From: Octopus sinensis
Taxonomy: Eukaryota
Assembly: GCF_006345805.1 (NCBI RefSeq)
Contig: NC_042998.1
Coordinates: 203,298,001 to 203,362,000, forward strand
Reading direction: 5' to 3'
Length of the DNA: 64,000 bases
Part shown: positions 39,116 to 51,362 of the stretch, piece after piece
Layout: every line of letters begins with the position of its first letter
Position numbering within the stretch: position 1 is the first letter of the stretch
Translations under genes and position numbers: made by a program
The notes under the pieces: generated by a model
What the model saw: only the letters and a program-made list of their open reading frames with translations
Databases searched by the model: none
What the model was told of the DNA's origin: nothing

Positions 39116-39274
39116 TGAGCCATGGCCATCAACTAATCAGTGATGTTGAAGAAGGTGAATGAATGTAAGAGGTGGGGGGTGATGGCTGTGGGGAGGGAGG
39201 GAGGGAGGAGGACAGGTACCTTAGGACATTCTGTTGAGTTCAGTTGTTATCCAGTTTATATTCCTGCTAAAGAG

Positions 39275-39892
39275 GAATATAGCATAGTGGTTAAGAGCAC
39301 AGGCTACTAACCCCAAGATTCCGAGTTCAATTACAGGCAGTAATAATAATAGTAATAATAATAATAACAACAATAATAATCTTAACTGACTGGAAGTGTT
39401 ATTATGTCCATTGTTTTGTCTTGGTATAAAAGATGGGCTACAGCAAATATTCTGCTCAATACCACAGATTTGCTTGTCAGTTGTTTGACCGTAACCAGTT
39501 GAGCATGTCCCTTAGTGGCTGACGATATGTGCATCTCTGATCACGAGCAGAAGTAGTGGGGGAGCATCATAGCCATGTGTTGAAAGGAATTCTTTGGGGT
39601 TTGAATAATTCACTTTTGGAAACATGGGCGAATCGTTCAACATCCTTAAACAATCCTTATTCAGGGACCTTTTGAGCAGGATGGGCTATTCGAGCAGACA
39701 AAAATTCTAGCTGGGCCCCACCTGCAAAGTCATGTGCTGTTTATCTTGATATGAGATCATCATGTTGCGCACATATGGTTGTGATGCATGTGCCTGGTGT
39801 ATCCTTATCAGACGGGTAGTCATGATGGGTATATTGGGCTTCGTATATTTTACCCCAGTGTCACTTTGATGGCATGCACTGCTTTCTCATTC

Positions 39893-39923
<31 letters not shown>

Positions 39924-40072
39924 TCAAAAAATACCTTAAGAACGAGAACCCAGGTTCGAAATTTCCCCCAAGACACCTGATGAAGGCTGGATGGTATATC
40001 AGCCGAAACGTGTTAACAACAAACAAGATGAGGACAAATATCTGTCAAATGTAAATAATGTAAATAATGTAG
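39275..40072 (+). mobile_element. Same tRNA/hammerhead element, split by a ~510 bp insertion (39381-39892) in its (AAT)n tract
   Basis: Head 39275-39340, (AAT)n on both sides of the insert, tail 39920-40072 ending in (ATGTAAATA)x2. Confidence 0.7.
39972..40014 (+). ncRNA. Minimal hammerhead-like motif in the tail of a tRNA-headed element
   Basis: GACAC CTGATGA A GGCTG gatggtatat CAGCC GAAA CGTGTT. Same motif on the minus strand at 28698-28743 (CTGACGA A GGCTG...CAGCC GAAA CATTGAG). Confidence 0.55.
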
Positions 40073-40470
40073 ATATTTGAAACATGTTGCATAAAAAAAT
40101 GAAAAAAAAAAATCAATGCAGGCATGGCTGCATGGTGGTTAAGAAGTTTGCTTTGCAGCCACAGGGTTCTGGTTTCAATCTCACTGCATGGCAACTTGGG
40201 CAAATGTCTTTCACTATAGGCCTAGGCTGACCAATGTCTAGTGAGTGGATTTGATAGAAGGAAACTCTAGGGAAGCCCATCAAGTGTGTGTGTATAGTTT
40301 ACTGTTCCTTTAAGGTAAGGAAAACAAAAAAAAGCATCCAGTGTGAGAAAAATATCATTCAATGTACAAAGATAAGAGCTTCTGTTAGTTTCTTGCTATG
40401 GAGACACCTGGCTAGGCAAGATTTTATAACCTGACTTGTGCCTCATTTTTGTTCAGATTATGCAAATTAC

Positions 40471-40553
40471 CTCAGCCATACATTCTTTTTTTACTTTGTT
40501 TTTGTTTTGTATAAGTGCTTTGGTTACTTGAGATAAGATTGGATAATTGTGAT
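40471..40553 (-). CDS. Candidate exon, unknown gene
   Basis: ccttcatcag|AT CAC...GCT GAG|gtaatt; (D)HNYPILSQVTKALIQNKNKVKKECMAE in unique sequence; no family recognised. Confidence 0.3.
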
Positions 40554-40829
40554 CTGATGAAGGCTACTGAGCCAGAAACATGCATCCATGACTGTCCTCT
40601 TACTCTAAACAAAAAACAAAGAAAAAAGGAAGCCTGTCCCTTTCTTTGGTGGCAGGTCAGTTGCAGAGAATACTTGAATTATCTCCCCTTCTCAAGTAGA
40701 TCTGGTTTTAATTGCCATTTGGTAATTGTGACACATCCTCCAGAAGTGAAGACGGATTTAATAAGTCAAGAATTTTTGTTGTATGGTATTTGACAGGTCA
40801 TTGTTTATTCTCTCACATACATGTATATT

Positions 40830-41605
40830 CTTTTATTTGCTTCAGTCATTTGACTGTGGCCATGCTGGAGCACCACCTTTAGTTGAGCAAATCAACCCCA
40901 GGACTTAAATTTTGTAAGCCTGGTACTTATTCTATCGCTCTATTTTGCTGAACCGCTAAGTTACGGGTATGTAAACTCACCAGCATCGGTTGTCAAGCGA
41001 TGTTGGGTGGACAAACATAGACACACAAACATATTCTCTTTTTCTCTTTTACTTGTTTCAGTCATTTGACTGCGGCCATGCTGGAGCACCGCCTTTAATC
41101 GAGCAACTCGACCCCGGGACTTATTCTTTGTAAGCCCAGTACTTATTCTATCGGTCTCTTTTTTGCCGAACCGCTAAGTGACGGGGACGTAAACACACCA
41201 CCATCGGTTGTCAAGCAATGCTAGGGGAACAAACACAGACACACAAACAAACACATATATATATATACATATATACAACAGGCTTCTTTCAGTTTCCGTC
41301 TACCAAATCCACTCACAAGGCATTGGTCGGCCCGGGGCTATAGCAGAAGACACTTGCCCAAGATGCCATGCAGTGGGACTGAACCCGGAACCATGTGGTT
41401 GGTTAGCAAGCTACTTACCACACAGCCACTCCTGCGTATATATATATACGACGGGCTTCTTTCAGTTTCCATCTACCAAATTCACTCTCAAGGCTTTAGT
41501 CGGCCCGAGTCTATAGTAGAAGACACTTGCCCAAGGTACCACGTAGTGGGACTGAACCCGGAACCATGTGGTTGGTAAGCAAGCTACTTACCACACAGCC
41601 ACTTC
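40830..41605 (-). mobile_element. Cluster of SINE-A pieces (two tails, two heads in tandem)
   Basis: Tails 40830-41035 and 41045-41250; heads 41280-41433 and 41450-41603. Confidence 0.85.
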
Positions 41606-42581
41606 ATATATATATATCATCATCGTCATCATCATCATATAACGTCCGCTTTCCATGCTGGCATGGGCTGGACGTTTAGACTGAGGACTGGAAATGAAGA
41701 AGGCTGCACCAGGATCCAGTCAGATCTGGCAGGGTTTCTACAGCTGGATGCCCTTCCTGATGCCAACCACTCCGAGAGTGTAGTGGGCACTTTTTATGTG
41801 CCAGCAGCACAAGGGCCAGTCAGGTGGCACTGGCATCGACCATGCTGTGTGCGTGTGCCTCTTTATGTCCAGTGTTTGTCTTCCACCATCACTTGACAAA
41901 CGTTGTTGGTTTATTTACATCCCAGTAACTTAGCAGTCCAACAAAAGACACCTATACAATAAGCATCAGACTTATGGATAAAATTGTGTGACTAAAATTC
42001 TTTAAAGTGGTGCCCCAGCATGGCCATAGTCCAATGACTGAAACAAATAAAAGAGATGAATAAAAACAAAACAAAACAAAAAACAGGAGAGCACTAAAAT
42101 GGCTGCAGAAAAGGGAGATAACTGGATAAAGTTAAACAAACTGCTGGGATAATAATTGACCAAGGGAGCTCATAATTTGGGGGCTGTTTTGTTTGCACTG
42201 TTTTTGGTGTGTTTTTGGTATGTTTTTATTTGATTATTTAAATGCTATTTGTTTTGTTTTTATTTTCGGTCTTGTGAGTGTCAGTTGGACATGAACGGTA
42301 AACTTTGAATTCTCACTAATAGACGGTTTGCTTGGGAGCTTGGCAGGAGGAAAAAAGGGGAGAAGAAAACTCTATCATTTTCTACATTTTCAAACAAATG
42401 TTGCTAATGATATGGAATTTAGTTCAAACAAAGAACTCACGCCAGCTTCTAGTGTGGGGGGAGGGTGTGTGTTTGTTGGGGGAGGGGGGTTTAGGTTCTG
42501 CTTAATTTTTTTTATTTAAACTACACACTTTTATAAAGATGTGTGTTGTGTGTGTATGCATTTGAGAGAGAGAGAGAGAGA

Positions 42582-42615
<34 letters not shown>

Positions 42616-43639
42616 TTACGTGTGAGGTGCTGTGTGTGTGTTGTGTGTGTGATGTGTGTGTGTGTGTGGTTACGTGAGGATGCGGTTGTGTGTGTGTGTG
42701 TGATGTGTGTGGTGGTGTGTGTGTATGGTTGTGTGTGGGTGCGGTTGTGCATGTGGTTATGTGTGAGGGTGCTGTTGTGTGTGTGTATGGTGGTGTGTTT
42801 GTGTGGTTGTGTGTGTGTGTGTGGTTATGTGTGTGTGTGTGTGTGTGTGTGTGGGTGCAGTTGTGTGTGTGTGTGTGTGTGTGTGGTTGTGCACTTCAGC
42901 ATGTATGCCTCATCCTTTGCACTCATGTGACTATCTGTGTACACTCTGCAACTGAGACCTTGTGTGTACATAAAACCAAACACACACACACAGATGCTCA
43001 GGCACCATCGTCCACAGCCATCCATAAGTGATCGTGCTGCCTTGATCACCGAAGCCTCTCAGCTATGTAACACACTACCAATGCCAGCTGATCAACTCTC
43101 TCTCTCTCTTCCTATCTGTCTCTCTCTCTCTCTCTCATTAGTGCTATCATGTTATTGCCAATTGTTATGAGAGAAAGACAAAAGACAAACCAATAACAGA
43201 ACAGTGAAATCGATAGTAACACAGAAAAGATGACGTATGTATGTATGTGTGTATATATGCATATATATATGTATATATATATATATATGCACGTGCCGGT
43301 TCCACATAAAAAGCTCCATCTGAACGTGGCCGTTGCCAGCACCGCCTTGGCTGGCTTCCGTGCCAGTGGCACGTTAAAAGCTCCAACCGATCGTGGCCGA
43401 TGCCGGACCCCCTGGCACCTGTGCAGGTGGCACGTAAAAAGCACCCACTACACTCACGGAGTGGTTGGCGTTAGGAAGGGCATCCAGCTGTAGAAACTCT
43501 GCCAAATCAAGATTGGAGCCTGGTGCAGCCCCTGGCTTCCCAGACCCCAGTCAAACCATCCGCAGAAAACGGACGTTAAACGATGATGATGATGATGCAT
43601 ATATATTAATCAAAATAAAAACATGATGCCAAGGATTCA

Positions 43640-43717
43640 GCGGTACATATGTTTCGGGCCTTTATTAGACGGTTTTATAACAATGCATAATGTGTGTCTA
43701 TGGCCTTCTTCAGCCGC
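43640..43717 (-). ncRNA. Type I hammerhead-like motif, second family
   Basis: GCGG CTGAAGA AGGCC aTAGAC...GTCTA ataaa GGCCC GAAA CATATG TA CCGC. Helix I GCGG/CCGC, palindromic ACATATGT helix III, A.C mismatch at the base of helix II. Confidence 0.7.
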
Positions 43718-44874
43718 GTACAATTACTACTTCAAGAACATGTATTACATTATAACTTTTACGTTGGGGATGCAAATCCTCATAGTCACGTACGACAGAG
43801 TGGGGCACCAACACAAGAACAAAGCGTCCATCCCGTCTTTCGCTCGATGTAGAATCCTTGGCATCATGTTTTTATTTTGATTATTATACTCTATCACCTA
43901 CACCACTAAATGGTATATACAGGTGCTTACAATTATCAAGTATTCACCCTGAATTTTTATTTGCATATATATATATTTATATATATATCATCCTCATCAT
44001 CATCGTTCAACGTCCGTTTTCTGTGCTACACACACAGACAGTGGTTAGGGTGTTGGACTTACAGTTGTAAGGTGGTAGGTTCAATTCTCAGACCAAGTGT
44101 TGCATTGAGTCCTTAAGCAAGACACTTCCTTTCATGTTGTTCCAGTTTGGTCAGCAAAATGTGAGTGGCAGTCCAGTGTTGGTGCAACTCTCACTGCCCT
44201 TCAAGCTATCACATGTTTGATGCTCCACTGGGTCAAGGATGGAGGGTCTGATCGAGTGTTTTTATATGCTTGCAACTAGGAAGGCATCAAAGACAAGCAC
44301 TAGAAATAGAGCATCTGCTACCTGGGTCAGAGTGATGGCTAAACCATACTTAAACACTGTCCATTTTCTGCTTGTTGCTAAATAATATTTACACATTTGA
44401 TTCCCAGTTTGTATAATTGTCTGATATCATCATCATCTTCATTTAACATCTGCTTTCCATGCTAGCATGGGTTGGACGATTTTGACTGTGGGCTGGCTGC
44501 ACCAGGCTCCAATCTTGATCTGGCAGAGTTTCTACAGCTGGATGCCCTTCCTAATGCCAACCACTCCGAGAGTGTAGTGGGTGCTTTTTATGTGCCACTG
44601 GCACAGGGGCCAGTCAGGTGGTACCGGCAATGACCTTATTCGAATCTTTTTACACATGTCACTGGCACAGGTGCCAGTAAGGCGATGTTGGTAACGATCA
44701 CGCTCGAATGGTGCCCTTTTACGTGCCACCGGCACAGAAGCCAGTTGGCCACTCTGGCAATGATCACAATCAGATGGTGCTCTTGGCACCCTACCTGCAA
44801 CCCTATGTTGCATCTAATTCTCCTTTCTGTCTTTTACTCATCGACCAATTCTCATTCCGTCACTAAATATTTCT

Positions 44875-45015
44875 GAGAGAAATGGTGACTATGTTGAGAA
44901 GTAGGGATGTGATCCACAGAGGACCAGCTTCATTTTGATGTATGATACATGTTCCTGTGTTGGTAATTATACCTGTCCTAAACAAAATGGCATTACTTTC
45001 TGACTCACCCTCATA
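44875..45015 (+). mobile_element. Second 3' end of the same mariner family
   Basis: gagaaatggtgactatgttgagaagtag...attactttctgactcaccctcata. Confidence 0.8.
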
Positions 45016-45089
45016 TATATATATATATATACATCAGAGTAAGCACATAAAGGTGAAACAAGATGAAAGAAATGGTACTCGACTACTCA

Positions 45090-45245
45090 AGGTAGTGTTA
45101 TATACTTTATTATTAAAGCTACAAAAACATCATAAAAAAACTTTTACTCAGTTTCACATTCCTCGGCCAACAAATGGGTTTGTGAAACTCTGAGTAACTT
45201 TCTTTTTGTGATGTTTATGCAGCTTTAATAATAAAGTATATATAA
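45090..45245. repeat. Degenerate fold-back of a Penelope-like end
   Basis: tatactttattattaaagct...actcagtttcac / gtgaaactctgagt...agctttaataataaagtata, with a GAAACTCTGAGTA motif. Confidence 0.65.
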
Positions 45246-45849
45246 GCATATATATATATATATCCACACATGTACATACATATATATTCACATACCACAC
45301 CAATACCTCTCTTACTTATGTGTGTGTATCATCATCATTATCATCACTAAGAATCCACTTTCCATGCTGGTATGGGTTGGACGGTTCGACCGGGGTCTGG
45401 GAAGCCGGGAGGCCGCACCAGGCTCCAATCTGATCTGGCAGTGTTTCTACAGCTGGATGCCCTTCCTAATGCCAACCACTCCAAGATTGTAGTAGGTACT
45501 TTTTACATGCCACCGATACAGGAGACAGTCAGGTGGCACTGGCATCGGTGTGTGTATATAACAAAAACTTGACTTCATCGGTCATGAATGACCATGGGCG
45601 CACCTAACAGGTTCCCCTCCGGGATACAAGTTTGGGCGATAAGTCACCTCACCAGCAAACGCACAACCTAGGGTTATTTTAATGTAAGACCAACAGGCGC
45701 TCATGCATACAAGCCTCCCCTCTCCATGTCACCAATGTTATCGGAGGGAAAGGCAAAGGCTGAGACACCTTGGCACCAATGATGCCACAACACATTTCCA
45801 CAGCTGAGTGAACTGGAGCAATGGAAAATAGAGTCTCGCTCAGGAACAC

Positions 45850-46027
45850 TGAAAACTTTCACCGAAAATTTTACCCAAAAATTTTTCGAAAATTTTCACC
45901 AAAAATTTTACCCAAAAATTTTTCGAAAATTTTCTGTGAAAAAATTTTTCGAAAATTTTCACCGAAAATTTTTCGAAAATTTTACCGAAAAATTTTACCG
46001 AAAAATTTTCGAAAATTTTCACCAAAA
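45850..46027. repeat. Quasi-palindromic AT satellite (GAAAATTTTC/ACC units)
   Basis: About 12 irregular gaaaattttcacc / aaaaatttttcg units between a truncated SINE and the inverted mariner piece. Confidence 0.9.
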
Positions 46028-46351
46028 CTTCCTCGTCACTAGAATAATGTTTGTCTCTCAAACCCTCTTTCATGGGGCCAAAGAGATGATAGTCTGAAGG
46101 TGCTAAATCTGGTGAGTGTGGAGGTAGTGAAGAAGTGGCTCAAAGAACAGTCAACAGAATTTTATGGGACAGGAATACATGCTCTCATTCAAAGGTGGAA
46201 CATTGCTATTGAGAGAAACGGTGACTATGTTGAGAAGTAGGGATGTAATCCACAGAGGACCAGCTTCATTTTGAAGTATGATACATGTTCCTGTGTTGGT
46301 AATTACACCTGTCTTAAACAAAATGGCATTACTTTTTGACTCACCCTCGTA
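46028..46351. mobile_element. Mariner 3' end with an internal inversion
   Basis: 46028-46124 minus: PPHSPDLAPSDYHLFWPMKEGLRDKHYSSDEE. 46125-46240 plus: VKKWLKEQSTEFYGTGIHALIQRWNIAIERNGDYVEK*. TIR attactttttgactcaccctcg-TA. Confidence 0.85.
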
Positions 46352-46372
46352 TATGTACACACATACACACAT

Positions 46373-46560
46373 ATCAAAATAAGCAACAAGGATATCCAAG
46401 GTAGTATAGTACAATCGTTTCATGCTACTTCATTTAATTAAACAATGTAAGTATTACATCAGTTTTAAAACTGATGTAATACTTACAGTGTTTAATTAAA
46501 TGAAGTAGCATGAAACGATTGTTCTACACTACCTTGGATATCCTTGTTGCTTATTTTGAT
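46373..46560. repeat. Loopless 188 bp palindrome (94 bp arms, 3 mismatches)
   Basis: Centred on cagtttt|aaaactg. The arm carries GAAACGATTGTA, the 3' half of a hammerhead-like motif. Confidence 0.9.
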
Positions 46561-47508
46561 TATAATCACCCCATTTGATTTATATGGATAATACCATACA
46601 AAATTCTGAATCTAAATTTTTGCTGAACTTATATATACATACATAGACACACTCATAAGTGAAAGAGATGTTGGTGTGGCATGTTAATATATATACGCAG
46701 GAGTCTTCCTTCTGGATTCATTATCATCAACCATATAAAGCTAATCTTCTATGATCAGCCATTATATTCAGTCCTTAATATTCGTAGCAGTGGTGGCCAG
46801 AATCCATTGCCCACAACAATGACCAATCAATGGCTTAAGTGTCACAATCAATGCATTCTTTTAAAATATGCTAAATGGATTATCATATTCCATTTCGACG
46901 ATGATGACAATGATGATGATGATTATACACACTCACCATGACATTATACACACTCCCTGGCCACCTCTTCTGCCTCCCCACCTCATTCCTTCCTCTTCTC
47001 CACCCCCACACACCCTCTCTGTCAGTCGTGCAATCATTTGCACATTTGCATGCAAGGCATGCACACTCTCTCCTCAATTAGCTTGCGGCCAGCATCTTAC
47101 GACGCTGCCACCGTGCCTTGCAATCGTCACACACAGATCCATTCATGCATGCACACACACACACATGCAAACATGCATTGGCACAATAATACACAAACAC
47201 ACACATAGCTACATGCACCCACATGCATACAATAGCACCTACAGTAGACTGGAAAGCTTTCCATGTGGAGAATGAAGGCAAAAAAAAAAAACCAAGCATG
47301 GCGTTGCCATTATGCTATTGCCTCACTCTTATACACCCACCCACACACACACACATAGGCGGGTGGGGGTGAACAGACAGGCATGTGTGTGGGTGTATCT
47401 ATAGACATGTGTGTGTGTGTGTGTGTGTGCGCTTCTGTATATAGTTTTGTGTGTGTATGTGAGGGGATGTTTCTGCCACTATGTACATATGCATTCATAC
47501 ACATTTGA

Positions 47509-47557
<49 letters not shown>

Positions 47558-47947
47558 TTTACTTGTTTCAATCACTTAACAGCTGCCATGCCGGGGCACC
47601 GCCTTTAATCGAACAAATCGACCCCCGGACTTATTCTATCGGTCTATTTTGCCAAACCACTAAGTTACAGGGACGTAAACACACCAGCATCGGTTGTCAA
47701 GTGATGTTGTCAGGGGGCGACAAACACAGACACACAAGCATATACACACCTACATATATACATATATATGAAGTGACTGGGACACAACTACAGAGAACAC
47801 ACACACACACATTCATATATACATGGGTGTGGGTGCATACCCACAATACAACATATATATATACATATGAGTGCATATACTCACACTCCTATACATATAA
47901 AAATATACATATGTGGGTATATATGTAGACTGAGTTATATTACATAT

Positions 47948-48072
47948 TCTCCGAAGAGGCCTTATGATATTTTTGTAAATGTCTCATTTATATCCATATA
48001 TTGACCTACCATAAAAGGCTAATATTGGTAAAATGAGACATACTTATCGACATGGCCGAAACAGCTGTAAGA
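47948..48072 (+). ncRNA. Type I hammerhead-like motif, third family (U4-to-C change)
   Basis: TCT CCGAAGA GGCC...(internal atgtctcattt/aaatgagacat stem)...GGCC GAAA CAGCTG TA AGA; palindromic ACAGCTGT helix III. Confidence 0.65.
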
Positions 48073-48989
48073 TCTAATTTATACTTATATTTATATTTAC
48101 TTGTATTTATATTCTCTTTTATATATATTCTACTTATTTTACAACATTACTCTTTTATGTACACTTTTTTATGTACATTCCTTTATGTACACTGATTTGT
48201 TCTGCTTTTTATATCTAACCCTACAGTACCTTATGTGGTGGTTTAATAAAGTATGTAATTGAGTATTATCTGGTAATTGATATTTGATTTAGATGTATTT
48301 CTCCATTTTCTTATCTTGTATTAGTAATTTGTGGTAAATCATTTTATCAGTAAATGAATTGATTGCATCGCAATCAGTAACATTTATGTATTAACTTTGT
48401 TGGGTACTTCACTAGCAGTATATTGGATATATGTTATCCCATAGAGGGTTGCATTTACAACCCATATCTCAATTTGTATTCATATATATATATATGTATT
48501 TATATATATACATATATGTACACACATATTCATACACACTTATAATATATATTAACATTTCTTAAATATATACACATATACACACACACACGTCCATACA
48601 TATGTCTATGTGTAAGTGTATATATGAATGTGTGTGTGTGTTCTCTGTAGTTGTGTCCCAGTCACTTCATCTGATATATTTATTAAAACCTTTCGACCAA
48701 ACCCAGAAAGAAAATAGCAAGATATTGATAATAGTGGTTATTGTTGTTGTTGGTGGTGGTCAAGTGGTCAGTGTGGTGGTGACACAAGATGTTATAATGA
48801 TCGTTGGAGATAACAGTTATTGTGGTGATGATTGTAGTTACACTCTCAGTAATAGATGAGGTGGAGGAGAGGGGCCCTAGATGAGGGTTGCACAATTTAA
48901 AAGGGTGGAGGGGTGTGGCACAAAGAATTATGAAAATTTTGATATAAGCAGTGCTTGTTTTGTCCCCCCACCCCACTTGAAAAAGAGCC

Positions 48990-49400
48990 AAGATTGAGGT
49001 GAGCCTGTAGGCTGATGCTCAAAGAGGTTGGCATCAATGGAATAAGTGCAGAGTATGAGGTGTTTGGATAGCCTTTAGGAGTGAAAGATTAGGGAAGAAT
49101 GAAGAATGGTAGCATCTGTACAAGAGCGGCAGTAAGTGGGTCTTTGATGTGAAGAAGGAGAGATGGAGAGAAGACCAAACTCTGGGGTACAGCAAAATGG
49201 ATGGAATGAAAGACAGAAAAGGGGTCCATATGTACAAGCTGTGTTTTTTTTTTTTGGTCTGATAGGAAGCTGGTGTTTCAAGAGATGAGAGATGGATGGA
49301 GGCCAGAGGTGGACAGTTTTGAGAGGAGATTCAAATATGCGACACAGAAGAAGGACATGAAGGACAAAAATCTTGCTTTCACTAAATGGGTGAAAAACCA
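48990..49400 (-). pseudogene. Degenerate non-LTR reverse transcriptase fragment (CR1/L2/Crack-like)
   Basis: Frameshifted LLSKLSTSGLHPSLIS.NTSFLSD ... AVPQSLVFSPSLLLHIKD ... LV.(Q)MLPF, resembling KL.SYG...SFLSDR / GVPQGSVLSP.LFL..INDL / YADD. Confidence 0.6.
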
Positions 49401-49602
49401 CTGGTGAGTCACATGGGAGGGTGAGTCACATGGGAGGGTGAGTCTTCTATGGAAATGCCTTCATAGAAGCCTTACTGATGATAATTAAGCCTTTAGCATT
49501 TAAACTGGCCATATCCAGCTAAAATATTCTGCTTTATGTCCAAACTGATCAGATCTGATCTCTCACACCGACCTTACAGTGTCATTCGAAATATAAACAA
49601 TT

Positions 49603-50015
49603 ACCGTAAATCCTCGAGAATAATCCGCATTTTTTCCCAAAATTTAAAGGTCAAAACCCCTAGTGCGTACTATATACAAGGTTAAAAATGAAAATTATTT
49701 TCTAAGCAATGTCCGAGTCTCTATTTGCTGTCCGGCAATGTTTATTCAGACGCATTTTGTGATGTCGGGCATGAAAATACCTTAAGCTAAGCCTGAAAGC
49801 AATGAAGTCATAAAAGAATCATCCATAACTTGCAGTAAGCAACATTTATTAAACGTTATTACTGTTATTTCTTTATTTTCTGCAAACAAAATGCACAAAA
49901 AAGCTACACGTTTGCATTATGTTATATATACAATAATAATAAAGGACATTACCATATACAGTTTTACAAACCAAGGACGTTATGTAGACCTCTTTGACTC
50001 AAGCTAGAGAAGGGC
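49603..50015. mobile_element. Second, truncated copy of the Tc2-like MITE, inverted relative to 2641-3158
   Basis: taccgtaaatcctcgagaataatccgc..., reverse complement of ~2770-3158; abuts a piggyBac-like MITE fragment (49485-49602). Confidence 0.8.
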
Positions 50016-50369
50016 TTGGAAACAGGTAAGGGTTGATGACAGGAAAAGCATCCTGGTGTAGAAAATCTACCTCAAAATGGGGGAGAAATTGAAGAATGAC
50101 AAGGAAAATCAGAGCCGAGACAAAGAAGATGGGAGCAAAAAATAGTAAGAAAAAAAATTAAGGGGGAAAAGGAAAGATCAAAAAGAAAAAAAGAAAAAGA
50201 GACACAATACAATAAGAAATATGTTTTACATTTTGTTTTATGTTTTTTGGGAAGAAAAAACAAAACAAAATATAAAGTTTTACATTCAACAGAGAGAAAT
50301 GAGTTCAGTGACCTTTGCGGGGATTCAGTGAAGAAATAAGGGAGAATTTAGTGACCTTTGTAGTTTGGT

Positions 50370-50491
50370 GGAGAGAGAGAGAGAGAGAGAGACAGAGACA
50401 GAGAGAGAGAGAGAGAGATAGAGAGAGACAGACAGGGAGAAAGAGAGACAGAGAGAGACAGACAGAGAGAGAGATAGAGAGAGACAGACAG

Positions 50492-50522
<31 letters not shown>

Positions 50523-50610
50523 CAGACAGCGAGAGAGATAGAGACAGACAGACAGAGGGAAAGACAGACAGACAGACAGAGCTGACAGATAGTGAGAGAG
50601 AGAGAGAGCT
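50370..50610. repeat. (GA)n/(GACA)n compound microsatellite
   Basis: Direct reading. Confidence 0.95.
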
Positions 50611-51317
50611 GTTGTGGGGTATGATGGTAGTAAAAATCCGACAATGCAAAACCTTATTGTATTGCTGCAAATATTCGCCCAGGGGTCCAGCTAAACTGGG
50701 TTTCAATAGCTTCTCTCCAAATACTCACCCACAACCACTAAATTGGATGGCATATAAGACATTCGCCAACCCCTCCACTCCGCAAAAAAGACAAAAACAC
50801 CCCCCTCACCCCACTTGCTCCATGCAAATTTGGGCCTACATTTCATGTTTTAATACACTGAAATGCTTTTTGCCTGAATATGCACAGCTGGAAATGAGGT
50901 GCATCAGATGTGACCCAGCATCTTTTATGCCTGTGCATCTTTTGTGCATTTTAAGGAGGTTTTTTTTTTAAATCATCATCATCGTTGTCATCAGTATTTC
51001 ATTGAAGGGCATAGTCAAACTTTGTAGAGGGTCATCAATTGATCAGAAATGCAAATATTCCTGGTCCTGGAGGGGAAAACCACAGTCTGGAGAGAAGTGT
51101 TTGTTGTGCTACATATATGGGATTGCTAACATAGTCCAGCCACTTGTATATGGGGAATGGTGTGTGTGTGAATATGTATCTGTATACAAAACTATGAGTG
51201 GTGTATGTGTGTTTATGTATGTGTATCATCATCATCATCATTTGCCGTCTGCTTTCCATGCTGGTATGGGTTGGACGATTTGACTGAGGACTGGCAAGCA
51301 AGGAGGCTGCACCAGGT

Positions 51318-51362
<45 letters not shown>

